From NCBI GenBank assembly GCA_905178155.1, contig CAJINV010000004.1, forward strand, positions 3,691,320 through 3,755,319: DNA of 64,000 nt, read 5' to 3'. The position numbers and the translations under genes were made by a program. Position 1 is the stretch's first letter; the number at the start of each line of letters is the position of its first letter. The notes beneath the pieces are model-generated. The model had not been told where the DNA came from and did no database searches. It was given only the letters and a program-made list of their open reading frames with translations. The DNA is from Amoebophrya sp. A120. Taxonomy: Eukaryota > Protista > Dinoflagellata. Shown one piece after another: positions 37,028 through 48,333 of this stretch.

Positions 37028-38482
37028 ATGGCGGCGCCAAGTGGAGCCGGCGATAGTACCGGCACCGCGAGCGGAACGAACAATATGAAGGCGGACGAGC
37101 GCACGAAGCTGTTGCTGCTGACGGGCGACTACTACCTGAACAAGGGCTCGGTGTTCGTGCCGAACGCGCGAATTCGGCTCAACTTCGTTCCCATCGTGCT
37201 CAGTACCATTCTCCCGTGGACGCTGTTTGTCGTGCTGCTGACCATCTCCATCTTCCGCTTCCGACACGACTACGGGCATCTGTGCGACTACATTTGGGTG
37301 GTGGTGTGTGGCGTCCTGCTGCTGGCATACACCTACCTGTTCTTCAAAGAGTTGCACTCCGTCGACCCACGATGGACCCGCGCGAGTTGTCTGCACCTGT
37401 TTATTATGGTATATACAGAAAAATGACTTACTAGCGAGCACGAGCTTGACAGAAAATCCAGAGATATCAATTTTGTAGATTTCAATTTGTTAAATAGAAT
37501 CGTGCAGCTACTCAAGAACTGTCGGACCATGTCTCGGATCTCCTGCAAGCTCGCACCCGTCTTGCGTGCATGCCAGCATGACCTGACGCCGTAATTACGC
37601 CTAAGTACTTCGTGGCTCAACACCGACGCCCTCCTCCTTGGATATTACATGGAATTGAGCTTCAAATTGCACAAAAAAAAACAGATAAACATCTGCTTAA
37701 CCGCGTCGTACCTACTGTACTCCGAGTACTTCGAACCGTATTACGACGTGCTAGACCTGAAAACCTACCCAACACTGGACGTGTCCAAGACAAACGGTAT
37801 GAATATAGATGCAGGAGCTGTTGTAGTACGAACAACATTCATAGTACAAGTAGTCGGGCGATTTCTATATGCAAGCTAGTAGATGTAGGACTGAGGACGG
37901 ACCGCGGAGTTCATCAAGGGAATTTATTATTTTTCGCATTGAATTTCCATCCTGCTAGGTAAGGACGTGATGGATGCGGGGATGATTTATTTCAGCCAGG
38001 GCACCAAGATCGACTTCACCCGCACGTGGCACTTCAAGCACAAATCCGTGTACTGCGTCGCCCCTTTGGTGAAGCAGATCACGCCGACCGCACCCATCTT
38101 GTCCGAGACCGGGTCGCTCGACTTCTGGGTCACGGGGAAGGACTGCTGCTCCACCTCCAGCTCCGATTTCCGTTGTCCCGGTTACGACAACGCGAAAGCG
38201 CGAGCCGGGATCCGCATCCTGCACCCGGACGCCGACATCGACTACTACCGCTTGGCGGTGCAGCAGGCGGAGACGCAGTACGGTTTTCTCTCCACCTACC
38301 CAATTTTCGTGGAGTGGACGGAAGACCCAGTGTACGACTTGGAGGACCGGAAATCCACGGGGCTGGCGCTCTACTTCGTCTTACTCTTCTCCGCTTTGTT
38401 CCTGCAGCTGTTTCTCGTCTGCCTCTGCACCGTCCGGTTTTCGCTGATCGGAAGGAGAAAGGCAGGAACGGGCACGAATTAG
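37028..38482 (+). CDS. Hypothetical multi-pass membrane protein (3 or more exons)
   Basis: Hydrophobic exon 37028-37408, middle exon YFEPYYDVLDLKTYP and last exon with YCVAP...DFWVTGKDCC. GT-AG introns. Confidence 0.7.
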
Positions 38483-39370
38483 GATAGCAGGGTGCAGACG
38501 TCGTGTTGTTTATAATTTTTCGTGGCATGCAGCTTGCATTTGCATTTCTTGCACAGAGGACGGCGAGGTCGTAAGCACACCAGCACCGAACACGTAAACT
38601 CTCCAAGAAGACCACAGTCCACACCATGCACAGACTAAGGATAATAATTTTCAGCATTGCAGCTGCTTCTGCTGAGTAGCTGTAGCTCCCTTCACATTTA
38701 CTCGGAGCTGTTGCTACTGCTCATCTCCCGGATCACTTCCGATATCAAAACCTCTACCGCCCAACAGCATGGCGATGCTGTGCCACAGAACATCGCTTTT
38801 TTTTCGGCTTCGCGCATAGATATTGATTCCTTTTCCTCGCATTCATCTTTCGACAGCTTAATTGTCGTCAGTCTACTTCGCGTTCACTCGTTGAATATAG
38901 TAGATTTGTCGCTGCTGCCAGCTGCATCTTCATCATCGCAGAGTGGGTTATTTGACAGGAAAACGATATTGATTGACACGGAAGGCGGGAGTCCGTTGTT
39001 CTTCTCGGAGTTAGGCGATACTACTAACTTCGTCGTCGTACAATTGGAATTTGGTTCGCAAGTACTAGATGATCGCCGAGGAGTGTAGTGTCTAGGAGTG
39101 GTTGAGATCATAGAAGAAGCTCTCGTGTTCGTCTCGCTCGTCTTCAATGTATGATTCTCAGAGCTCCTCATTCGTTGCATAGATATGGCTTCATCAACCG
39201 TTCCCTTTGCAAGAATTCCTCCGCGTCTTGCGTGGTTTTCTCGGTGGCGAACTACATCTTGTGCACATCTCATTCATCATTGAAAAACAAAATTCGCATA
39301 AAAAAAATTCATCTCGCAGCAAGATGCCTGGTCGTCGTTGTATCTAGGCTCCACAGAACAACATCAAAAG

Positions 39371-40683
39371 ATGATGGAGCCTCCGCGACCGCCGAGTCGC
39401 AGTCGCATTCGGCTCAACCGGCTAGACACGGCCCCCGAAGTGTCGTTTTACCGCACCTTTCACAACCACTTCAGCGAACAGAAGGAGAATGCGGCGGAAT
39501 GTATATATACTTGTTGCAAAATAATTTGTTGTAAATCAATGTGATGCAACCGGCGCATCACGGCAGATGAAAAAGAAAAAGAATGCCAAAATAATACTTG
39601 ATCTTGACTAAATCCTGGGGAGCTATCTTCATGCTTAACAAGAAATTCTTGAGTGCTTCTTGTTCGTTATTCCTCGTTCCTAACATCTTATTAGCGTCGT
39701 CCAGCGGTGGTCACCAGGGTCGGGATAAGCAGGACCGGGTTTCCTCGCGGAACAACATGCAGTACCCGTCGTTAATGAACCAGACGATGTCCGGAAAGCG
39801 GTTCGTCCTGCGCCCCCTGGTGAGCGGGAACGGGCCCGGATTGGCGGACCATGGGTTTTACCTGCCCGGAGGCACCACGGCGACCGGCATGCCGATGTCG
39901 GATCCGCACAACCAGCTTTCGTCTAGCAGCAGCTGCCGGGAGTTGCCGAGCTTCCAGCGCCCGGTCAGTCGCGGCGAGCAGAGGCCAGTCAGTCGTGGGC
40001 GGGGCGGGATCAGCACCAACGATCAGGACGGGCTGAACAACACGACGTGCGGACAGGGCGGACCGCCAGGGAGCAACTCGTCCTGCAGTCCGACCATGTT
40101 TCATCCTGCGGGCGGGAACAATACTAATACTGTCGGCGGAATAATAAATGGTTCCTCGTCTGCGGGCTCTTGTGGCATAACTACCGGCGTAGCAGGCCTA
40201 GACCACCACGGCGGGCCGGCGACATCGATACCGTCCAGCTCGGGCACAACTAGCGGCATAGGCGGTCCCAGCGGTCCTTCCTCCAGTACTAGCAACGGCC
40301 TGAGTCGGTGTAGCAGCACGCGGCAACTCGGCGTGTCGTCGCGAAGTGGCGGCGTTGTGCCGGGCCAGTCGGGCAGCTGTCACGTGGTCGGGCACCAGAT
40401 GACGAGCTGCGCGTCCGAGGTGACACTGGGCACCAGCTCGAAAAGCAGCAGCTCCTGCGGAATCGTAGTGGGCGCGGGCGGGGACTGCATTCCACGCGTG
40501 CGGTCTCTGGAATCCTTCGACGAAAGGAGAGAAATCACGCGTGACTACAAGAAGCACCGCGTAGAAAGACCCTCGGACCAAATTCGACCGTCAAGCAGGC
40601 AGCAGAACACCAGACCAAACAGCAGATGTGGTAATTATATTCTTTCGATTCGGAATCATGATGAAGATGATGTTCATGTTTAG
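39371..40683 (+). CDS. Hypothetical S/G-rich protein (3' end uncertain)
   Basis: Short first exon MMEPPRPPSRSR and long ORF 39598..40683. Confidence 0.5.
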
Positions 40684-42107
40684 TTTTCTGCATGGATGAT
40701 GAAACGATGATAAAGCAGAAGCGGCGTCATCGAGATTTGCATTGGCTCGCCCCCGTCGCCTGCTTACTTGCCCGATTTATTTACTGCTGAGTCTACATGC
40801 CGATGCGAAGTCGAAGAAGCACAAGCACTATGACGATATCGTACACACTTCCAAGCAAAAAATACAGGTTTGACGAGCAGCCACTCCGGTCTGATTTTAC
40901 CTTCTATCTCAACAACGCGGTCGAAGTCGAGTAAGGACTCGCATATTTTCCTGGACTGAAGGGCAGTTGTATAGAAGGGAGAGGTCTGATTTGAATACGG
41001 GATGGGCATGCTGATGGAGGTCTGCTGGGGAAGGGGATTTTTCCTAAGGTGGTTCCAGTGGATCATAGATAGGTACTATAGGCACTATCCTTTCGAGGAT
41101 GTTGCACTTCCTTCTTGCGCAAGGAAAAGTAACAGAAACCTTTACTACAGTACATCAAAAACGAGGAACCAGAATTAATTAATTTACACGACTTTGACTT
41201 GTTAGTCTTGACTGACCGATTGATTTGATGCAATTACGACAGTATGATCTTCGATGATTACAGCTTCTGTGCTTGAATGGTACGACTCAAATGACACTCG
41301 TTTCTCTCTCGTCCTTGTAAAATCTTTTACTTTCCAAATGAACTTGAGCTTTTCTGTTCACCGGTTTATCCTACACTACCAGGCTACTTCACTATGGCTG
41401 ATAATGCATATCGAAACTGTCCTAAGCTTAAGCAAGAGATCATTGAGATAGTACAATAATTGAAGACCCGTAGAAGTATTTTCTGCAAATTACCCTAAGA
41501 AAGGTCGTGGATAATGAAAAATCCTAAAAGCAGCTCTGCGTCTGATGTTTTGTAGTAATTAGCTGCAGACGAGTAGCTCCTTATCCTGTACAGCTAAGTG
41601 CGTCGACCCGGTGACAAAACTGCACGAAGAAGTGTCAGCGGAACATCAACCCCTACCAACTAAACTCCAACTAATGTACTGAAGTAGACCACACCAAAAA
41701 TTGAAAGAGAAGACCTCGTCGTCCGCTGGTCGGTCATTGCAGGTGCTACCGGTCGCGGATACCTTCGGTGTCCGACGCCGTAGATAGGGTTCCATCTTTA
41801 CTTTTTTTTTTCCTTGTCGAGGACACAATCCAGCTGTTGATCCTGCTCATTCCTTTTGTTCTTCTTGCAAACACGGTTTTCGTACTGTAAGTATGTGTGT
41901 GTAGTTTTGTTCCCCAGCATGGTACCAGTGCGTTTTTGTCTAAGAATCTTGCGCTACATCGTTTTTCCCGTGACCTCGCTCGTCTGTCAGCACCATGATA
42001 AGTAGAGTGGGAAGTGTCCCCCGGCCCCGGCGCTCTTTTGCTGTCTTCTTTGTGTAAAGTTGAATTGAGCGGATTTTGTGCTCCTTTCTTACCCCAACCA
42101 AGACAGG

Positions 42108-43907
42108 ATGTCGAAGAAACAGAAAAAATCCACCACCGCCGAACCCCCGGAGCCAACGCCAAACCCGTCCCCCGCTGGTACAAAGAAGCAAGATATCGAC
42201 GACGTCGTCCCTAAAGTCGCTGCGACAGGTACAACAAGAAATAGGGATAAGACCAGCACCCGGGTTGTGAAGTGCGACACCTGGGTAGTGAACGCGTTCA
42301 CGACCCGGACGTTTGCAGGTAACCCGGCCGCGGTGGTGGTGTTTGACTACGATTATATGGAGGAATTCCACTGGGATTGGCGAATCGATCACGACGGGGA
42401 AGTCTCCGTGCCACATCCAACCGAAACGCCAAATTGGTTTTTGCACGTTGCCGCACAGATGAAGCACAGTGAAACGGCTTTCGTCTGGCCCATGAACAAA
42501 TTATCCGACCACAACGAGGACAAGGCCGAGGGCTGCCCTGGAGGTTCTTTTATCCGGCACGACACAAGAAAGATGAACCCGGACGACAAGTTCTGTTTTC
42601 GCATTCGGTGGTGGACCCCGACTAATGAAGTCGACTTGTGCGGCCACGCGACCTTGGCCTCGGCCCACGTGCTTTTCCGACACGTTTTGCAGCGAGAACT
42701 ACCCACATCCAGTTCAGAAACGGCCTTTCCGCGGAGACCAGAAAAGATTCACTTCTTCTACGAGAAAAGGGCGCAGTGGGCGGAGGTTGTACCGGCGAAT
42801 ATTGAGAGATATTTTCACGATAGCGCAGCTGCAGGTGGTTCAACACTAGTATCGCCACATAAACTAGCAGCATCTAGTACACCGGGGCCTCGTTCGTTCG
42901 CCACGAATGCTTTGAAACTACAGCTCCCTTGCGACTACCCGTTGAAGGTTCTCATCCACAGAATAAACGATAAAGCAGTACTAGACCGAAGCCTCTACGA
43001 CATGGAGCCGATCATCGGAACAACGCACGAGATGAAGAACAAGCTGGACGCGGATTGCGGCGCCGCGGTCTGCACCGAAAAGCTCGCGGAATTGCTGTAT
43101 CTGATCGCGGAAGAGATTCTGCAGTCGATAGTGCGAGGATCAAGAACAGAGTTCTTCAAGGATAGTTGTACTTCTTCTGTCGTGAACCTGTACTTCAGTG
43201 CAAATACGAAGAAGTTGTTTATAGAGCTCAACAGCATCGGGAATTGCGCCGATGGAACTACATCTTCTGACAACACGCACTTAGCATCATCGCTCGCGAC
43301 TATGGGGGAGGTGAGCAGCGAAACCATGGAAAAATGGGTCCAACTAACGCAAAAGCAAAGCTTGGAAACGATGATGTGCGGAACAAAGACAACATCCCTT
43401 GCAAACCCTGGCGCGGACCCTGTTTCCACCGCAAAGACCGACGCGACCATCCATTTTGTTCAGAAATGTGTCCGCGGGGTTTGTTTTTTTCAGAAAATAA
43501 CAACATTTTCTTCTTCCCGAGTAGATGACAGCACGGTTGATCCGATATCAGCATACCACACACGGTATTTCTCCCCTTGGAACGGAATCGGCGAGGACCC
43601 GGCCAACGGAAGCTCGCACGCGTCCTTAGCGCCGTTATGGACTACAACAACATCAAGAACGGCACGAGGTTCAACTGCAGCAACGACAAAAGCGGCAACG
43701 CGTGGTCCAATCAAGTTTCTCTCCCAGATCAAGAGCCAGCGGGGTGCGGAAATGATCGTGTCCGTGGGTCCCAAGCCCGGCTGCCGAGCGGATAGCGTCA
43801 ACCCGGCCGACTTGGCGACCTACATTGAGGGGGAAGCCAGGACGGTGCTGACGGGGTCTATGGAGTTCGATTTCGGCCCTTCTGTTTGGGCGAGCGCGAA
43901 CAAGTAG
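42108..43907 (+). CDS. PhzF/PBLD-family (diaminopimelate-epimerase fold) protein, single exon
   Basis: Motifs VNAFT..FAGNPAAV, SETAFV, RIRWWTPTNEVDLCGHATLA and RYFSPWNGIGEDPANGS. Confidence 0.9.
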   Translation: MSKKQKKSTTAEPPEPTPNPSPAGTKKQDIDDVVPKVAATGTTRNRDKTSTRVVKCDTWVVNAFTTRTFAGNPAAVVVFDYDYMEEFHWDWRIDHDGEVSVPHPTETPNWFLHVAAQMKHSETAFVWPMNKLSDHNEDKAEGCPGGSFIRHDTRKMNPDDKFCFRIRWWTPTNEVDLCGHATLASAHVLFRHVLQRELPTSSSETAFPRRPEKIHFFYEKRAQWAEVVPANIERYFHDSAAAGGSTLVSPHKLAASSTPGPRSFATNALKLQLPCDYPLKVLIHRINDKAVLDRSLYDMEPIIGTTHEMKNKLDADCGAAVCTEKLAELLYLIAEEILQSIVRGSRTEFFKDSCTSSVVNLYFSANTKKLFIELNSIGNCADGTTSSDNTHLASSLATMGEVSSETMEKWVQLTQKQSLETMMCGTKTTSLANPGADPVSTAKTDATIHFVQKCVRGVCFFQKITTFSSSRVDDSTVDPISAYHTRYFSPWNGIGEDPANGSSHASLAPLWTTTTSRTARGSTAATTKAATRGPIKFLSQIKSQRGAEMIVSVGPKPGCRADSVNPADLATYIEGEARTVLTGSMEFDFGPSVWASANK

Positions 43908-44903
43908 AACGACTGGCTTGTAATCAGACAAGAATACATGAATAAAAGGCTTCGGGAATAGCAAGCTACTGACAACCTTCGTGGCGCACGGCGATGCTGT
44001 CGAAAGGAACGGATAAAAGTATTTGTTCGGAATAAAAGATATCGATATATGTACAAGAGGTAGAGGGCATAGATAGTAAGTGAGTATCCGGATGGCAAAG
44101 AAAAACCAACCTGCAATTCGTGTGGAACTAATGCCCGCGGGCACAAGCGCCGGTTTCCATCCTCTGCAATCGTCAGCATCTCTCGATCACTCGAATCGCA
44201 GTCTCGTTGAGTCGCTTCACTCGCCGTTGGAATACATGAATGTCGTCGCAAGTACAAGTACCCTTCGTGAGGGAGTTGTAAGGTTTGACAACTTCTGTAG
44301 TTACTTTCGCTGCTAGATCGATGGACTGATCGAAGAAAGAGTTTCGTTTCGCTTTCATCGTCGAGTGGCGGATCATCGTGTCGTGACTCATCGTGCTTTA
44401 TTTCGATTTCGTCGTCGTCGTCGGCATACTAGTATGATTAAGAAAAAACTCCTCGTTGATTCATTGGCCCGAAAGTGACTGCGCACTGGGTCTATCAATC
44501 CAATTATGACGCTTTTTCTCGACGCACCAATGAATAATGAATTTAGATTTGTGTAGGTGTAGCTAGTCAGAGAAAAGGGAGAAGACAGAGCCTGCTGTAT
44601 TGTCGCGCATGCTGTGATACGGAAGACCAAAGCAAGCTTCCACGAAGGCAGAAAGTAGAAGTACTCTTGTTACTGACTATTGCAAATGATGCGTACTGCT
44701 CGACGCAGCCACGTCACCCACGCGCTATTGTAGTTGCGGCGACAAAGACAAACGAACATTGAGGAGTTGTACGGGCCGCGTTTTCACATCCGATCTTGTT
44801 GTCTCTAGTACAAAAATTGCGTGAAAATCGTCGTGTTAACCCGCAACGAAAAGTGGAAGTACCAGAAGTAGTTTCTGTTGCATCTTCTTCGACCGGCGGA
44901 AAA

Positions 44904-47371
44904 ATGGGGAAGAAAGAATTCATATTACAATGAAAAATGCCCCCTCCCCATATCAAAACGGATAGCTGTGATGCAGATTTGTGGTCACAAATCAGCTTTG
45001 TGATGCTAGAAGGCAAGAGATGCGGACTGTAGTGCTGTCTAGCGTGGGAAAGCCTTGCAGCTCCAGGATGACAGGAGGCAACTGGAAGTGGGAAACAGCA
45101 TGACAGATTGCCTGCAATTTAGGCCGCAGCTTCGTCTCTTGGCCATCTAGCAATACAAGTTGATTTGTGTACTCAAATACAGCATCACAAATTCGCGCAT
45201 CTTCCGTTTCCGATATGGGGTAGGGGCTTTTTTCACTTTGATAATTCAGCAAGGACTACTTCGCCAAGGGGCAGACGGAGACGGCGAGTCGGTTTGATAT
45301 CAAATGTAAAAATGTCTGGGTCTGGAAGAATGCAACTTGTCATGCTGATTTTGGATTCTAAAAAAATCTGTATTGCATGAGCAGCAAAGAGAGTCCAAAT
45401 TTTGCAGCACGGAAAGAGCATTTGTCATGCGGAATAGGCATCAGGAAGCCCTCTAAAAATCTGTGATGCTAGGGCATGCGTCACAGACTTGAGGAGTCAT
45501 GCAAAATGTGCATGACAAACCCGGCAATCTTCCAGACCCAGACATTTTTACACTTGATATTTGACTTCATCAAGCAATTTGTGGTGATAAAACTGGTCTG
45601 TACCGGCGTCTACGTCTGGGGCATGATGAGCACCACCTGGCACCAGTCTCCGTTCAAAACTCCCTTTACTCACACAGCAAGGGTACTATCAAGTCGATCG
45701 AAAAATTTTTCATCGTCCAATGCTGAAACGATAGCACCCAATCCTACTACGTTCGTACATAGATGGATGCGTAAAATAAATAGGATGGAATTTTTTCAAA
45801 TACAAATGATCACCAAGGGAAGCAAACAAAAAACAAATCCTTTCAACAGTTGCAGTACGGCCCGCTGTTTGGCGAGATGCGGGTGATTTGCAAGAGTGAG
45901 CTGTCTCAGCAGATTGACCAGATGCGGCCCGGATTCAAGAAGAACCTGGCGGATATTCTCACGGGGAAAGATATGGGTGTGTCAGGATCGAAATCGACAA
46001 CGTTGAAATATTAATTTGTGATGCATAAAACGGATACCAATTGGCGCCAAGTTTCCAAGTAGCGCATGACAAATTTGGGTAGAACCTAAATCCAGTTTGC
46101 CATGTTGTTTGGGTAAGGGCGACGCCTTTTGTCATGCTACTTTAGCAGCTCGATTACGATTTCTACACCTCAACAGGCTTACAGTCTGCCTGTGTTGCCT
46201 ATTCTGCAAGGCAGGCATTTTGTGGGGTGCATTTTATGCATGACAAACTTTTCCAACTTTGACGATTTCGATTCTGACGCTTCCATAAAAGACTTCAGCA
46301 AAATGGCGATTTTTACAGACAACCCGAAAGGCCTGAACCTTGGGGAGATGCGGGAGGTGTTTTGCGGAGAGGTCTTTCAGCACCTAAAGGGCGGAAGTCT
46401 AATCTCGGTCTACCAGAGCACGCAGGCAGCCTTAGGACTACTCCCCGGGTTCGGGAACTGGCTCGGGAAGGAACTGCAAAGGGACGTCGGATGGCTGCTG
46501 ATAATAGGAAGTATTTGAAATACTTTCGTTTTTCTTTTCTGCAGCATTTATTGTTATTCAGAAGGTAGAAATGAATCGAAAGTCGTTTTGCATACGTTTA
46601 ATCTACCAAAAAAAATCTTTCACCAAACAGTGTTTTTCTGTGGGATGCTTTGCGTCCACTTTTTCCTGCTGTTTCTGGGGTTCTGCATGCTGCAAGTGTA
46701 CTGGAAAACAAGACCATCGCCGACCATCCGAATCTGGGGCTGTCGGATGATTCCCGCAGCCACCTACCTAGTCACCGTCGGGCATTTGGCCTACATCTTC
46801 CTCCCAGTGAATAGTTTCACGCTCGCCGAGAAATACACCACCATCATGACCGCAGGGCTTTACCAGTACATACTTCTATCTCAGATTTGTTTTTGATATT
46901 TGGGACAATTCGCTTTTCTTTTTGTTCCGACCACCTTGTAATAATGAAGGATCGCAGGTACAGGTAGAAATGATTTTGGGTGAAGTAGTAGAGAAGCTAA
47001 GCAGAAGATGCAGATGCACATCATCGAATTACAATTACAGGTTCTTCACCGGCGGGAAGATGACGAACGAAGCGTTTTTTCTGGACTGCGGCAAGGCGTT
47101 TCTGTACGTGACCACGGCGATTTTGGTGGATATCTTCTTCAGCACCTGGTTCGTCTACTCTTTTCCGCTCCACCCCAAGGAGCGCAAGGACGAGAAGCTG
47201 CGGGGGGAGGACGCGCAGCTGGACGCCATGGAGAGAGCTTACGACAACGCGTACCAAGTCGACGAGGCACACGACGGCGACTATTTCGACGACCCGCTCG
47301 CGGAGTTTGAAAACATGCAGGGCGACTACGGCGGGGCCACCGCGCACAAGCACTTCAACAAAAAAAGCTAG
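44904..47371 (+). CDS. Hypothetical multi-pass membrane protein
   Basis: MGKKEF-SKDYFAKGQTETASRF-DFIKQFVVIK is rebuilt after removing introners. Further hydrophobic exons run to the stop at 47371. Confidence 0.7.
44923..45243. mobile_element. Introner, TIR family F (TGAAAAA.GCCCC..CCCCATATC)
   Basis: TATT...GATA ends with ~40-bp TIRs and direct repeat ATTCA. Inserted 19 nt after the ATG. Confidence 0.88.
45298..45559. mobile_element. Introner, family A
   Basis: TATC...GATA ends with direct repeat TTTGA. Confidence 0.92.
45972..46287. mobile_element. Introner, TIR family G (GTCAG.ATCGAAATCG.CAA.GTTG)
   Basis: TATG...CATA ends with direct repeat AAAGA. Removal gives ILTGK-DFSKMAIF. Confidence 0.88.
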
Positions 47372-48333
47372 GCAAAAATATTTGGAAAAAGAATGAAAAC
47401 TCTACTCACTGTACTAAAAAAAATGAAATTAAGACTGCCTTACTTGTAATTTCAACTTGACCGCCACCGCTTCGTTTTTAAATTGCAACATCCGAGATGA
47501 TCGATATTTGACATGAGGATCAAGTACGACCTAAGTAATGTCCATAGACCGCCACGACTTGTTGTCCAAATTGAATCCATATCTATCATGTACGATACTA
47601 GGGATCTTTTCGAAATTAGCAAAACTACACTTTGTACAAATAATATCTTCAAACAAAGTATTATTCCTCGCCTACGGCTTCTTGTACCATAATGCTGCAG
47701 TGATATTAAACCGTAAAGCATGCTTTTGCTAGTGCTTCCAGACTGTAAAAACGGTTGCACGACCCTGTACAAAAAGATGCTTTAAGAAGTTGCACGAGAG
47801 CGCACAAATGAGGAAGTCCACCCAGCTAGAAAGTATTACACGGGGGACGTCGAAGATGTCTCGCAATAAATCAGGATCACCTTCGTGTTTGATCAAGGTC
47901 TCGTGAGCAGGCTGCACAAAGGTTCTGAATGATCTCCGATCCCGAAGATACGGCTGGAAGTAGATTCAATATTGATACTTGATGCAATCGAATAGAGAAT
48001 TCGAAATAGATATCAATCGAATAGAGAATTTCAATATTGATAAGGATGATTGAAATTGATGCAGATGCTTGCAGGCTGGGCGATGAAATGCATATATTGC
48101 AGGGAAAACGCGTTCCCACCTTCGGCAAGACAGCAAGAAGCAAAGAAAGATATTGTTTACTATATGAAGATTGCTAACGAAAAATGCAGGGTGTTTTTCC
48201 GGGAACGAAGTCTAGACTCATTCGATGATCGCCAGAATTTGCTGGTCCTTCCCGTCATCAAACTCAATTATGTGTTTCTCGCTAGTGGAGCTACGAATGC
48301 ACGTAGGAAGCTAAATTAAATACGGTCAAAATA

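Noticed and set aside
42108-43907. PhzF gene as evidence of phenazine biosynthesis or recent HGT
   Set aside because: PhzF/PBLD homologues are widespread in eukaryotes, and no other phz genes are present.
47400-48300. AT-rich spacer with a short AATCGAATAGAGAATT duplication (about 47986-48030) and minus-strand ORF fragments
   Set aside because: There are only two copies, with no termini or protein motif, which is too little to call an element.
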